A stretch of 64,000 bases of DNA from NCBI GenBank assembly GCA_965215885.1, contig CBDCEW010000098.1, forward strand, positions 1 through 64,000, in the 5' to 3' direction. Shown here in pieces: positions 32,174 through 41,540 of the stretch. The position numbers were made by a program, and so were the translations under genes. Numbering within the stretch: the first letter of the stretch is position 1; every line of letters starts with the position of its first letter. The notes beneath the pieces were generated by a model that had not been told where the DNA came from, ran no database searches, and saw only the letters and a list, made by a program, of their open reading frames with translations. The stretch comes from Candidatus Moanibacter sp. (GTDB lineage: Bacteria > Verrucomicrobiota > Verrucomicrobiia > Opitutales > UBA2987).

Positions 32174-32262
32174 AACCCACCCCTTACCCCTCCCAGGAGG
32201 GGAACTTTATCAATGAGCCCTAAGTGCAAAGATCCCCTCCTGGGAGGGGTAAGGGGTGGGTT
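32174..32262. repeat. Inverted REP-like pair acccacccttacccctcccaggagggg; single copy also at ~17097-17124
   Basis: Inverted pair seen directly. Confidence 0.75.
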
Positions 32263-32291
32263 TCTTCAAAGCAAGATCACACCTTAGGAAT

Positions 32292-32570
32292 TCGTAGCCG
32301 ATCGACTCCGGCCACACCCCGAACAGCACACCCGACTATTCTTGCGCGGCTCAATCTGCACCACAATCGCCTCCTCCGATTTCACCATTTCCATACTCGC
32401 CTTTGCGTAAACAAAGCTCTTGAGCCAATAGCACCGATTCAGTAGCGTTTTGATGAGCACTGGGTCCTCCGTGTTCAGGATGTATTTTCGGTACTACTTT
32501 CATCCTCGGAACGGCCCGGTGTGCAAAGAAAACACCGACCGCCAGTCGAAGCGCATGTTACTGTAGACCC
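32292..32570 (-). mobile_element. Deleted derivative of the ISL3 element's promoter end
   Basis: ~215 bp matching 5343-5556, then a piece of 5578-5596, ending in the IR tip CTGTAGACCC. Confidence 0.9.
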
Positions 32571-32576
32571 CAAAAA

Positions 32577-35500
32577 TCAAGTGGGTAGCGTCAGACGCGG
32601 GCGTTCGCCAAAGTCTGGCAATTTCGGTGGATTCTCATCCATCTGTTTCAGAATCTCTTCGATCGCGCGATCGAGCTGCGGGTCGTTGCCCTCTTTGAAG
32701 TCCTGAGGACGATAATCGACTTCGATGTCGGGATCGGTGCCGTAATTCTCCACTTCCCAGCCGACATCGGTGAACCAGAATGAATATTCGGGCTGGGTCG
32801 TGAGGCCACCGTCAACGAACCGCGACTGAGGATTGATGCCGATCACCCCGCCCCAGGTCCTCTTACCTATGAGGAGCCCCAACTTCATCAGCTTGAAGCA
32901 ATGCGAAAATATATCACCATCCGAACCCGCGAGTTCGTTGGTTATTGCTACCAGAGGTCCCAATACCGAATCATAGGGATACGGTACGGGTTTACCCCAA
33001 CGTTGAATGTCATATCCGATCCGTCGCCGTGCAAGTTTCTCCAGAATGAGCGGTGAGACATGCCCGCCCCTGTTAAACCGTACGTCAATGATCAAGCCGG
33101 GACAGCTTATCTCCGCGAGATAACCCCGATGAAACTCGGCAAAACCATTTCCAACCATATCGGGAATGTGAACGTAACCGACTTTTTCGTCTGTCTTCTC
33201 GCGGACATAGGTACGGTTTCTTGAGACAAATTCCCGATAACGGGCTTCACGTTCACTTCGGAGGGCTTTGACGATGACTTTCCGGTTTCCGCCACTCTCC
33301 GAATCACGAATGGTCAGCTCAACTTCCTGTCCACCGAGGTTCACCAGGAGTTCACCGGGAGAACGCTCCCTGTTAAGTCCTTGACCTCCAACCGCAATGA
33401 TGCTGTCGCCCACCTTGACGTTGATTCCGGGCTCGTTAAGTGGAGAGTCTTTCGTTTCTTCCCATGCATCGCCGTGCACGATGTGGGTGAGGCGATACTC
33501 GCTCGTCTTCTCATCGCAGACGAAATCCGCGCCGAGAAACCCCTGTTGATAGTTCGGTGAAGAACGGTAGTCCCCGCCAAACTCATAGGCGTGCGAAGTA
33601 CCGAGTTCTCCCTGCATCTCCCACAACAGGTCAGAGAATTCGGAACGCGTCGCAATCCTCTCCAGCAATGGCAGATACCGCTCATAGACGCGCTCCCAAT
33701 CGACATCCGACATGTCCTCTGTCCAGAAATAATCACGCTGGAGCCGCCATGCTTCCCGATACATCTGCTTCCACTCGGCGGTCGGCACGATGGAAGCTTT
33801 GATCCGATTGAGATCAAGCCAACCGCTGCGCCGACTCGGTTCATCACTTCCTTTAGATTTTCCGTCCTCGCTCGGTTTCTCGCCCGCCTTAATTGCGCGG
33901 AGTCGATCACCGCTTCGATAGATGAGTACTTTGCTGTCCCGCGAGAGGACAAACGAATCGACGCCAGTCACAACCTTGTCCTTTTTCTGTTCTTTGAAGT
34001 CGTAGAGGTGAAGCGTCCCTTTCGGCTCGGACTCTTTGCGGGGAAAGGTCTGAATTGCGGACTCGACCGGAAATGATGTGAACAGCACTTTATTTTTCAT
34101 CCCCGCAATCCTGCCATAGCGACCCTCTGGATATGGAAACGCAACTACTCGCTGTTCAATTCCTTCGAAATCTATCTCAATCGATTTTTCCTCTTCCTCG
34201 TCTCCATTTTCATCTTTCTTCCCTTCCCCCTTTTTCTCTTCTTCCTTCTTTTCCTCCAACGGCCGCGGCAGGGGAACGAATGGATTCAACACGTCCTTTT
34301 TCAACGTCACCAGCATTGGGCGCATGGCCTGCGGGAAGCTTAACTCGAAGTGGATGTGGTCATAGACAGGTTTAAATTCGCGATATGAAAGAAAGTAGAG
34401 CTGCTTACTTTCAGGGTCCCACGCTGGGCCGAAGTCGAAGAACTCGGCCGGTGTTACCATCCACGTCTCACCTGTTTCCACTTTGCAGACTTTGATCGAA
34501 GTAGTACGTTCAGTAGACGCGAACCCATAGGCAATCCAGCGTCCATCGGGCGACCATGAGAATCCAGCGATGTTGCCGTATTCACTTCTGTCGAGTCGTC
34601 GAAGTTCCTTTGTCTCCAGATCGACGAGTAACAGTTCGAATCGATGATTGCTTATCGCGATCTGGTCATTCTGGGGTGAGACTTCCAGTCCCGTTGATCG
34701 ACCGATGTCAATACCTTCGAGGCGCACGATATTCTCTTCAGCGTCATGGGCGTGGATCTCAACTGCTTCTTCTCCGCCCGCATCGGAGATGGTTACGAGG
34801 CGTTTCCCGTCGTTGAGGAACTGCGTCAGACGATAGCGAACGCCGTCACGCTCACCCTTCTGGAGCACGGCGCCTTCCCAATTCGCCATTGTAAACGGCT
34901 TCCCGCGCACGGTCAAAACGAGAGCGTGCCCGTCCGGATGCGCATAAAAATCCTGGAGATACTTTGCGGGACTCGTGAACTTGCGTTGACGCTGAATACG
35001 GGGACTCCGAAACTCAATATCAACAGGCACGTCTGAGTCGCTTTCGATGTCGTATACAAAAAGGTCTGCACCGGCGTGGTAGACGATACGCTTCCAATCT
35101 GTCTGTGCCCAGCGAGCGTAGTATTCTGTTTGATCGGTATGCTGCCTTAACTGTTCACCCGTCGGCAGACAGGAGTAGATATTCCCGATGCCTTCGTGGT
35201 CGGAAATGAAATAGATGCGTTCACCGATCCACATCGGGGTGGTAAAATTGCCATTTGCCGGCTCAAGCAGTTGAAAATCCCCATCGCCCTTCACATCAAC
35301 CCAGAGCCGCCCCGCCGTGCCTCCTCGATAGCGCTTCCAGGTCGCCGGATCTCGCGTCATGCGACCCAGAGCGACACCACCGGATGGACCAAAAGTAACG
35401 TGTTTGACCGGGCCGTAGGGGTGGCGCTGGGGTTCCCCACCTTCCGGTGAGACGCTCCACAACCAGGTCCAATGCGGCTCGCCGGCATCGCTCGAATAGA

Positions 35501-35798
35501 GGATTTCAGACCCATCTGGGTTCCATCCGACTACGGTTGCGTTCGATCCCTGGTAAGTCAATCGCCTCGCCTCGCCGCCTTCCGCGGGCATGCAATTGAC
35601 TTCCGGCGGACCCTCCTCGCTGCCTGTAAATGCGAGCAATTCGCCATTTGGCGATAAACAGGGACCGCCCACCTTACTGAGATTTGACGTTAGCCGACGC
35701 GCGATTCCGCCATCGACCGGAACCGTCCACAGATCGTCCTCGCTAACGAAAACAATCGTGTCTCCGCAAATCGTGGGGAATCGGTAGTATCCATGCAT
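32577..35798 (-). CDS. Tricorn protease (peptidase S41B)
   Basis: Beta-propeller repeats, WKRYRGGTAG, PDZ, DVRFNRGG, AGSDGD catalytic serine. Confidence 0.95.
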   Translation of the reverse strand: MHGYYRFPTICGDTIVFVSEDDLWTVPVDGGIARRLTSNLSKVGGPCLSPNGELLAFTGSEEGPPEVNCMPAEGGEARRLTYQGSNATVVGWNPDGSEILYSSDAGEPHWTWLWSVSPEGGEPQRHPYGPVKHVTFGPSGGVALGRMTRDPATWKRYRGGTAGRLWVDVKGDGDFQLLEPANGNFTTPMWIGERIYFISDHEGIGNIYSCLPTGEQLRQHTDQTEYYARWAQTDWKRIVYHAGADLFVYDIESDSDVPVDIEFRSPRIQRQRKFTSPAKYLQDFYAHPDGHALVLTVRGKPFTMANWEGAVLQKGERDGVRYRLTQFLNDGKRLVTISDAGGEEAVEIHAHDAEENIVRLEGIDIGRSTGLEVSPQNDQIAISNHRFELLLVDLETKELRRLDRSEYGNIAGFSWSPDGRWIAYGFASTERTTSIKVCKVETGETWMVTPAEFFDFGPAWDPESKQLYFLSYREFKPVYDHIHFELSFPQAMRPMLVTLKKDVLNPFVPLPRPLEEKKEEEKKGEGKKDENGDEEEEKSIEIDFEGIEQRVVAFPYPEGRYGRIAGMKNKVLFTSFPVESAIQTFPRKESEPKGTLHLYDFKEQKKDKVVTGVDSFVLSRDSKVLIYRSGDRLRAIKAGEKPSEDGKSKGSDEPSRRSGWLDLNRIKASIVPTAEWKQMYREAWRLQRDYFWTEDMSDVDWERVYERYLPLLERIATRSEFSDLLWEMQGELGTSHAYEFGGDYRSSPNYQQGFLGADFVCDEKTSEYRLTHIVHGDAWEETKDSPLNEPGINVKVGDSIIAVGGQGLNRERSPGELLVNLGGQEVELTIRDSESGGNRKVIVKALRSEREARYREFVSRNRTYVREKTDEKVGYVHIPDMVGNGFAEFHRGYLAEISCPGLIIDVRFNRGGHVSPLILEKLARRRIGYDIQRWGKPVPYPYDSVLGPLVAITNELAGSDGDIFSHCFKLMKLGLLIGKRTWGGVIGINPQSRFVDGGLTTQPEYSFWFTDVGWEVENYGTDPDIEVDYRPQDFKEGNDPQLDRAIEEILKQMDENPPKLPDFGERPRLTLPT

Positions 35799-36038
35799 TT
35801 ACAGTCGTGCTTTGAAGCTTATAGTAGGAAAAGTGTAAACAATAATCAGGGGGTCTTACCTAGAGAAGGGAGTTTAACAGAAGGAAACAAAGGTAAACGA
35901 AGAGGAACGGAAAAGAAAAAACCCAACTCGAATGCATATTATACTGAAGAAGGTTCACAGAGGGTCACCGAGTTGTACACGGAGGCACCCAGCGCAGCCG
36001 AGCCGCAACCAAAACAAACGCAGGAATAGAAGAGAAAC

Positions 36039-36335
36039 CGCGGATGACACGGATTGCACGGATAGAGATTGGATTGGAAGGAAGAGAGCAGAATTCGCTT
36101 TACTCGCGTACGCGAGTGAGGGAACGGGTTAGACAGGAATCGGCAAGAGCCGGCCGGCTTTTGCCGAATCCTGTCTAACCCGTTCAGGCGCGTCTTCACG
36201 CTAAGCGAATTCTGCTCTCTTCCTTCCAATCCCACATCCATTGGCCTGTATAATCCTCTCTTACACATTACCCTTTCTGCGTATTATATACTTCCCAACT
36301 AACATGCCATCCGTGATGATCCGTGTCATCCGTGG
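36039..36335. repeat. Nested long inverted repeats
   Basis: Perfect 30-bp IR 36071-36100/36203-36232 enclosing 17-bp IR 36122-36138/36169-36185; outer cacggat-type IR. Confidence 0.85.
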
Positions 36336-36748
36336 TACTATCTCTTAGCGATCCTCAATTTTCTATCATATTAAAAACCAATACCTTATGTGTATCCGTG
36401 GAGAAAAACTTGCTAAGAAAGCAAGGTTCTGTGAAATTGTAATACGGAGAGGACACGGGTGCGCGATGTCGTGTCGATATTGGGAAACTGCATTTTATAT
36501 TTCGTGCACTGCTAGTTCCCGTTTCTTCCTGGCTCCGCATGGAACCTGCATGATATGTAGCCGACCCGCATGGCAGGACGATAACGGTGTCGCAATTAAG
36601 TGTCAGTCGGCTTCGTCTCGACTATCCTGTTCGGCAATCCGGAGAATGGCGGTGGGAATCTCTCTAAACTGATCCACGACCTCGTCGCAGGTCCCAGGTT
36701 GGGCAAAGAATGCACTTCTCATCCAGATTGCCTTTAATCGCTTCGGGT

Positions 36749-37381
36749 TTAATTCCCCGAAGCTTGCTTCGTTTCTAATTCATAAAGTCTAATATCAAAT
36801 GCCTCGGGGCTTGCCCCGAGGATCTTTACTCCGACAGTCTTAGCCGCCATCACATCGTCATCCGGATTGTCTCCGATAAAGATACTCTTTCCCGGTTCTG
36901 TCTCGAGCTCGGACAGGCATCGCAAAAAGATCTCTCTCTCCGGTTTCTTAACACCCTCTTCTCCGGAAATCTTAACTGACCTGAACAGACCGCGAATTCG
37001 TAAACTGTCGATCTTTCTATTCTGTGTTTCCCTACTTCCGTTCGTGATCATCCCCAGTTGATAGTCTTCACTAAGGTTCTTCAAGACTTCCACCGCGTTT
37101 GGAAATGGAATAGCGGCGCTTCCAAAATCGGACCGGTAATTGGAAGTTAAAGATTCGCGTAGCTCGTTACCCAAGTTAAGCTCGGATGAAAAACGTTCAT
37201 AGACTCTCTCCGCAGCTACACAACCATTCTGCTGGTATGTCATATAACGATCGATGAACGACTTCTCTGAGATATGCTGAGACAACTCAAACATACGATG
37301 CTGCTTCACCAGAAAATTGCGGAGTGTAGCACTCCTGTCATGAATGGTCTCATCGAGATCGAATATGATGGCTTCAATCAT
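36749..37381 (-). CDS. HAD-superfamily hydrolase, C-terminus replaced by repeat-derived sequence
   Basis: FDLDET, ITNG, KP, IGDNPDDD; tail runs through gcctcggggcttgccccgagg. Confidence 0.85.
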   Translation of the reverse strand: MIEAIIFDLDETIHDRSATLRNFLVKQHRMFELSQHISEKSFIDRYMTYQQNGCVAAERVYERFSSELNLGNELRESLTSNYRSDFGSAAIPFPNAVEVLKNLSEDYQLGMITNGSRETQNRKIDSLRIRGLFRSVKISGEEGVKKPEREIFLRCLSELETEPGKSIFIGDNPDDDVMAAKTVGVKILGASPEAFDIRLYELETKQASGN

Positions 37382-37865
37382 GGATTGCTAACTCGCGCTT
37401 TTCCCTGGCTGCGTCTGGATCTTGCACGGTCTGGACTCGTTCAATTTTCTCCACGTAGGCGGACCTCAAGCCAGCATTTCTTGCCCCTATTAGAACGTGA
37501 TCTCTGTACCAAGAAAATGGGCGCAGAGATTCATTGATATTCGTAGCAAGGTAGGTGAACGCTTTCGCTTCCACCCCGTTGAAGTCAACCAGGTGCACGC
37601 TCTTCTTCTTATAGCCATGCCCCAGTCCCTCGATCTTGTCCAGTGATTCAATTTCCCCTGGATCGAGGTCGAAAATTACCCCTTCCACCACGTCGGCATC
37701 GGATCCTGTATAGAACGCATTGCATTTCGCCGAACGATCTCCCCCAACCTTATGAAATCGCAGGTCGTGACTCTTCAGTAAAAAGACACCAACACATTGT
37801 GCACTCGGTGCTCGTTCCCGAAGACGATCAATCGCCATGTTGGACCCGTATGCGAAGTACTTCAT
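37374..37865 (-). CDS. Gamma-glutamylcyclotransferase (AIG2-like)
   Basis: YFAYGSNM...LDKIEG..GY. Confidence 0.9.
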   Translation of the reverse strand: MKYFAYGSNMAIDRLRERAPSAQCVGVFLLKSHDLRFHKVGGDRSAKCNAFYTGSDADVVEGVIFDLDPGEIESLDKIEGLGHGYKKKSVHLVDFNGVEAKAFTYLATNINESLRPFSWYRDHVLIGARNAGLRSAYVEKIERVQTVQDPDAAREKRELAIHD

Positions 37866-38083
37866 TGCACTTCCGACTATCGACCGGCCTCACCAATCGT
37901 CCAGACGGGGAATTGCGTGAGGGTCATGTTTCAAAGTCTCTTCTCTCGATTCGGGAAAATGCGAAGATCGAAAAGCTTCCGCTTTCCGCTTCAATCTGAT
38001 TCGAAATGTGTAGCGGAAAGCGAAAGTTTTTCGTCTTTCTGGCCTCGGAGCCATGCTCGAAAATTGCACGCGTTGCAGAATGT

Positions 38084-38323
38084 TCAAATCAAACGGGGTA
38101 GTTCATCAGGCGGCACCAATACCTCAATCGAGCGGGTTTGTCCCGGTTTCCTCCTGATCAATCCCTTCTCATCCAGTTTCAGTACCATCTGGTGAACAGT
38201 CGGGGGTGATACTCGAAAATAAAACTGGATATCGGCTTCGGCCGGCGGACGCCTGTGCAACTTTGTATAGGTGTGTATGTAAGCAAGGTATTGCCCTTGT
38301 CTCTCGGTATATTTTGATTCCAC
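38084..38323 (-). CDS. Small winged-HTH regulator (LexA DNA-binding/MarR-like)
   Basis: T.RQGQYLAYI...PPAEAD...VSPPTVHQM..L...GLI.R.PG..RSI; GTG start inferred. Confidence 0.8.
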   Translation of the reverse strand: MESKYTERQGQYLAYIHTYTKLHRRPPAEADIQFYFRVSPPTVHQMVLKLDEKGLIRRKPGQTRSIEVLVPPDELPRLI

Positions 38324-38619
38324 AACTAGGACATAAGTTTCACGCACATTAGTTGCTTCATGCCCTTGCATAATCTGTGAACAGTCGTTTCCCATTTCTC
38401 TGTTATACAAACTTGAAATGCTTGTTTCCTTCTGTTCAGTTCTCTTTCCGATTCGTTGCCCCTCATTCATTCGTTGCTTAATCATTCTCCCGCTCAGCGG
38501 GATTACGGCTTTGCAGCGCTGCGCTCTATGCGTTCTTCTGTGGCAATTTCTGTTTTCCTATTTCTGTCTTAAAACGTCGCCAATCCGGCATTCAAAAGGG
38601 GATGTCCATTTCACTTTCT

Positions 38620-38954
38620 GAATCGTCTGATTTGTCTTGTTGGCGTTCCTCTCGCTGATGCTTACGGGCTTTCCGCTCGGCCTGTTTCTGCTTCTTGTCT
38701 CGAACCATCTGCTCGATCGACCGGACATTGGCAGGACGCTCTTACCCGAAACGCTTGAAATAGAGAATTTCAATGAACTCCGGGAGAGGAGCCTTCCACG
38801 GTTTCTGCTTGTGGTTCGCCTTGCCACCGAACCTCTTCGGATTCATGCCGAGTTCTCGCGCCATTTGGATGTGCGCGTGGGAAAGATGGAAGCGCTTGCG
38901 CGTATCAACCCACGGCTGGTACTTGGGCGAGAGATTCTTCTTCCGTTTCGCCAT
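38620..38954 (-). pseudogene. Conserved hypothetical protein with apparent premature TAA at 38742
   Basis: MARELGMNPK...WKAPLP..I..LY.KRFG*, followed in frame by ERPANVRSIEQ; 3' end approximate. Confidence 0.6.
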
Positions 38955-38957
38955 ACC

Positions 38958-39305
38958 CTACTCCTCCACTGGAAACAATAGCTCGTTTCCATCAGGGTCC
39001 TTAATCTCAATGACGGGAAAGCCCCACCACTCTCTTGTTGTTTCTATTGATCTTGCATCAATCTCCATTTGCAAAACCTCCAATTCATCTTCTTCGAGGG
39101 CGATGAAGATACGCCCTTTTCCAGCTCGTTCAGTTTCCGTCGCAAGAATGATCTCACAATCCCCTCGGGTTACTTGAGCGACAACTTTTTTTCCGTCTTC
39201 TTCATAGCCCCATGCTTCTTTGAAACCCAAAACACCTGTGTAAAAATCAGATGCGGTTTCAAGATCAGTGACGAAGAAGACTGCTCTCGAATACCAATTA
39301 GCCAT
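38958..39305 (-). CDS. VOC/glyoxalase family protein
   Basis: FVTDL..ASDFY..VLGF...WWG...DPDGNELLF. Confidence 0.9.
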   Translation of the reverse strand: MANWYSRAVFFVTDLETASDFYTGVLGFKEAWGYEEDGKKVVAQVTRGDCEIILATETERAGKGRIFIALEEDELEVLQMEIDARSIETTREWWGFPVIEIKDPDGNELLFPVEE

Positions 39306-39435
39306 CTCTACTTCCTACGTACTCGAATCGGCTATAAACTGGTAGGTTACGTTGAGCAATAGCAATGAAGATTCGATTTTTCCTCATCGCACCAGACGCA
39401 ATTCGTCTATTGTATCTGATTTCGGTGAAAACCCC

Positions 39436-39527
39436 CCACGTTCTTGTCACGCTGGGCGGGACGGCTACAAAGTTTCGTAAGTCGTTGATATTTGTAGCCG
39501 TCCCGCCCAGCGTGACAAGAACGTGGA
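39436..39527. repeat. GTAG-type REP doublet with ~36-bp perfect IR
   Basis: ccacgttcttgtcacgctgggcgggacggctac and its reverse complement. Confidence 0.85.
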
Positions 39528-39605
39528 CGAGGTTTCCAAAACGACGGCTTGTTCAGCAGAATCATATCTATACATAGTACGCGAAATTACTCACGATCAG
39601 AGAAA

Positions 39606-40229
39606 ATGACTGAAGACCGTCCCAACATATTCGTAATCGTTTCACACGACATCGGCAAGCACCTCGGGTGCTACGGAGTTCCCCAGGCGGGCACTCCCCA
39701 CCTCGACCGCTTCGCCTCGGAGGGTATCCGTTTTGATCGATTCCACAGCACCTCGCCCCAGTGCAGCCCGGCGCGCGCCTCCCTCTTTACGGGGCGATAT
39801 CCGCACAGCCACGGGGTGATCGGTATCTGCGCGGCGACCTTTGAATTCGATCTCAATGAGGACGAGAGACACCTTTCGCACATCCTGCACGAAAGCGGCT
39901 ACGACACCGCCTTGGCCGGGTTTCAGCACGAGACCCTCCGTCCTCACGACCTTCCCTTCGACCGATTGACCTGCAAGGACTCCTCGTGCGACAGTGTAGC
40001 AGACTCGATCATTTCCTTCCTGCACACACAAAAAAAGGGAGGGAACCCTTTCTACCTCCAAGCCGGATGGTCTCAGGCGCACAGGCCGTTTGAGAGACAC
40101 GATACTCTTCCCTACTCCGAGGAAGGCATTTTCATTCCGCCGTGGATCGAAGACGAACCGTCGGCGCGGCCGGAAGACCGCGAGTGGGTTCTTGGAAAGA
40201 AGGCACCAAAACTGTGGCCGTTTGCCTGA
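39606..40229 (+). pseudogene. Truncated sulfatase
   Basis: RPNI...HD.G, CSPARASLFTGRYPH formylglycine motif; ~207 aa, well short of a full sulfatase. Confidence 0.8.
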
Positions 40230-40259
40230 CTTGGGAGCCCGGGCAAAGGTGGAGCACGG

Positions 40260-40553
40260 TTAGCCTTTGTACAGCAGGGTTCCGTCCGCATCCCAAGGCT
40301 CCTGAGGCAGGTGGTGTAAATTCCAAACATAACGGACCCGATCAAACTCCGCCTGATGCTTCATGATCTGGAAAATCTCCACCGAAACAGCCAGGGAGAC
40401 CAATCGCCGTGCCTCACCGGGGGAACAGCCCTCGGATTGCAGGCGCTCAATAGTCTGACGAGTCTCCGGAGGCTTATCGTCGCGTATTTGGTTTTCCACC
40501 ACTTCGAGAATGGCAGCTCTGACTACTTCGTGACGTGGTTCTTGTTCATGCAT
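40260..40553 (-). CDS. Conserved hypothetical protein (putative cassette 2)
   Basis: AILEVVENQI....PPET..T..RL; starts just after the attC R' box and stops in GGCTAAC. Confidence 0.75.
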   Translation of the reverse strand: MHEQEPRHEVVRAAILEVVENQIRDDKPPETRQTIERLQSEGCSPGEARRLVSLAVSVEIFQIMKHQAEFDRVRYVWNLHHLPQEPWDADGTLLYKG

Positions 40554-40561
40554 ATTCGATA

Positions 40562-40625
40562 AGGTAACGCTAGCGGTGTGGCGCGGCGGCGCAAGCCGAC
40601 GTTGCCCACGACCGCATTGATCTAC
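40562..40625 (-). other. attC-like recombination site (degenerate R'')
   Basis: GTAGATC-aat-GCGGTCGTGG...CCACACCGC-tagc-GTTACCT; inner arms pair with one extrahelical base; sits between two co-oriented small genes. Confidence 0.7.
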
Positions 40626-40659
40626 GTTTCTGGTAGCATTCGGAGCCTTAACTGTGAAC

Positions 40660-40860
40660 CTAGTGCCCGTCGGTTGCACTTCCTCGCTGCTTCTTCTCTA
40701 AATCGCACAGAATGTATCCGATCAAGCCGCCGCCAATTGCTACCCCTAGTAAGATTCCGACTGTACCGGCAAAATTCAGCCCGAGAATTGCGAGAACCGG
40801 CAGCGCCAAGAATGCCGCGATGGATTTCCAGTTCAGACATATGGATGAGAATTGATTCAT
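40660..40860 (-). CDS. Small two-TM membrane protein (putative cassette 1)
   Basis: AGGAGGAGG RBS upstream; two hydrophobic helices. Confidence 0.65.
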   Translation of the reverse strand: MNQFSSICLNWKSIAAFLALPVLAILGLNFAGTVGILLGVAIGGGLIGYILCDLEKKQRGSATDGH

Positions 40861-40912
40861 TTTTTTCCTCCTCCTTTTCGTAGATCATACAATCGCAGAC
40901 CAGTTGCTTTTT

Positions 40913-40945
40913 ACTTAACTGCTGATAGCCCCGATACGTTGTAAG
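40913..40945 (-). other. Putative attI site
   Basis: GTTAAGT (GTTRRRY) at 40919-40913 between the divergent intI remnant and the first small gene. Confidence 0.55.
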
Positions 40946-40990
40946 TTTTTGGTTATTTGCTGGTTAACTCGGTTGAAACAGCGTTTAACG

Positions 40991-41050
40991 TCCGGTAATA
41001 TGCAACCTGTCGTCAATATTGTAATATGCGACAGGTTGCATATTACCGGA
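40991..41050. promoter_or_regulatory. Perfect 22-bp inverted repeat in the intI-attI spacer
   Basis: TCCGGTAATATGCAACCTGTCG-16 nt-CGACAGGTTGCATATTACCGGA; function inferred from position only. Confidence 0.6.
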
Positions 41051-41116
41051 ATACCGGGAAAAAGCAACAGTAGATGCTTGCAAATTGAATAAGATAGTGG
41101 ATATTTGTTCACTAGT

Positions 41117-41290
41117 ATGGAAGATGAAGTTGGGAAGCATTTCTGGGTAGGCGTTCGGGCGGCACTGACGGAAGAAGCAGGATTTGAAACATCTACGGTG
41201 AAATATCGTTGTAATTGGTTGAGACGATTTCTCGACGATGATTTACACGCATGTCTTGAACCGCGGTGGTAAAGGAGTGCGGCTTCCTAC
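41117..41290 (+). pseudogene. intI: Integron integrase remnant (N- and C-termini fused by deletion)
   Basis: MEDEVGKHFW...TVKY..NWLRRF joined out of frame to STMIYTHVLNRGGKGVR, the characteristic IntI C-terminus. Confidence 0.8.
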
Positions 41291-41398
41291 CCTCACGGTG
41301 ATACAGGGCAGATCGGATATATGCGGTTTCGCATTCTCTAACCCGAAGATAGGACGATTTCTTCCACTGAGGCGGGATCGGTATTGGGAATTTCGGCT

Positions 41399-41540
41399 TA
41401 GGAATCTGTCGGGCTTAGAATTCCTAACATCCCCGTGGTGCCGATTTCATCGTGACAGATCGACATTCCGACACAGATGAGACCGACAGATTCCTAGCAG
41501 CCTGATGAAAAAAGTTCGAATAAGTCCGACAGGCTGCTAG
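41399..41540. mobile_element. Two abutting MITE-like remnants
   Basis: IRs TAGGAATCTGTCGG/CCGACAGATTCCTA (41399-41496) and CTAGCAGCCTG/CAGGCTGCTAG (41494-41540); first IR also forms a hairpin at ~43557-43591. Confidence 0.65.

Noticed and set aside
36122..36185. Hairpin with GTTAGAC/GTCTAAC as an attC site
   Set aside because: Core boxes are in the reverse order (GTT...AAC) on both strands and it is not at a cassette boundary.
41106..41119. LexA box upstream of intI
   Set aside because: Only one half-site (TGTTC) of the Verrucomicrobia TGTTC-N4-GAACA motif is present; the other half reads GTATG.
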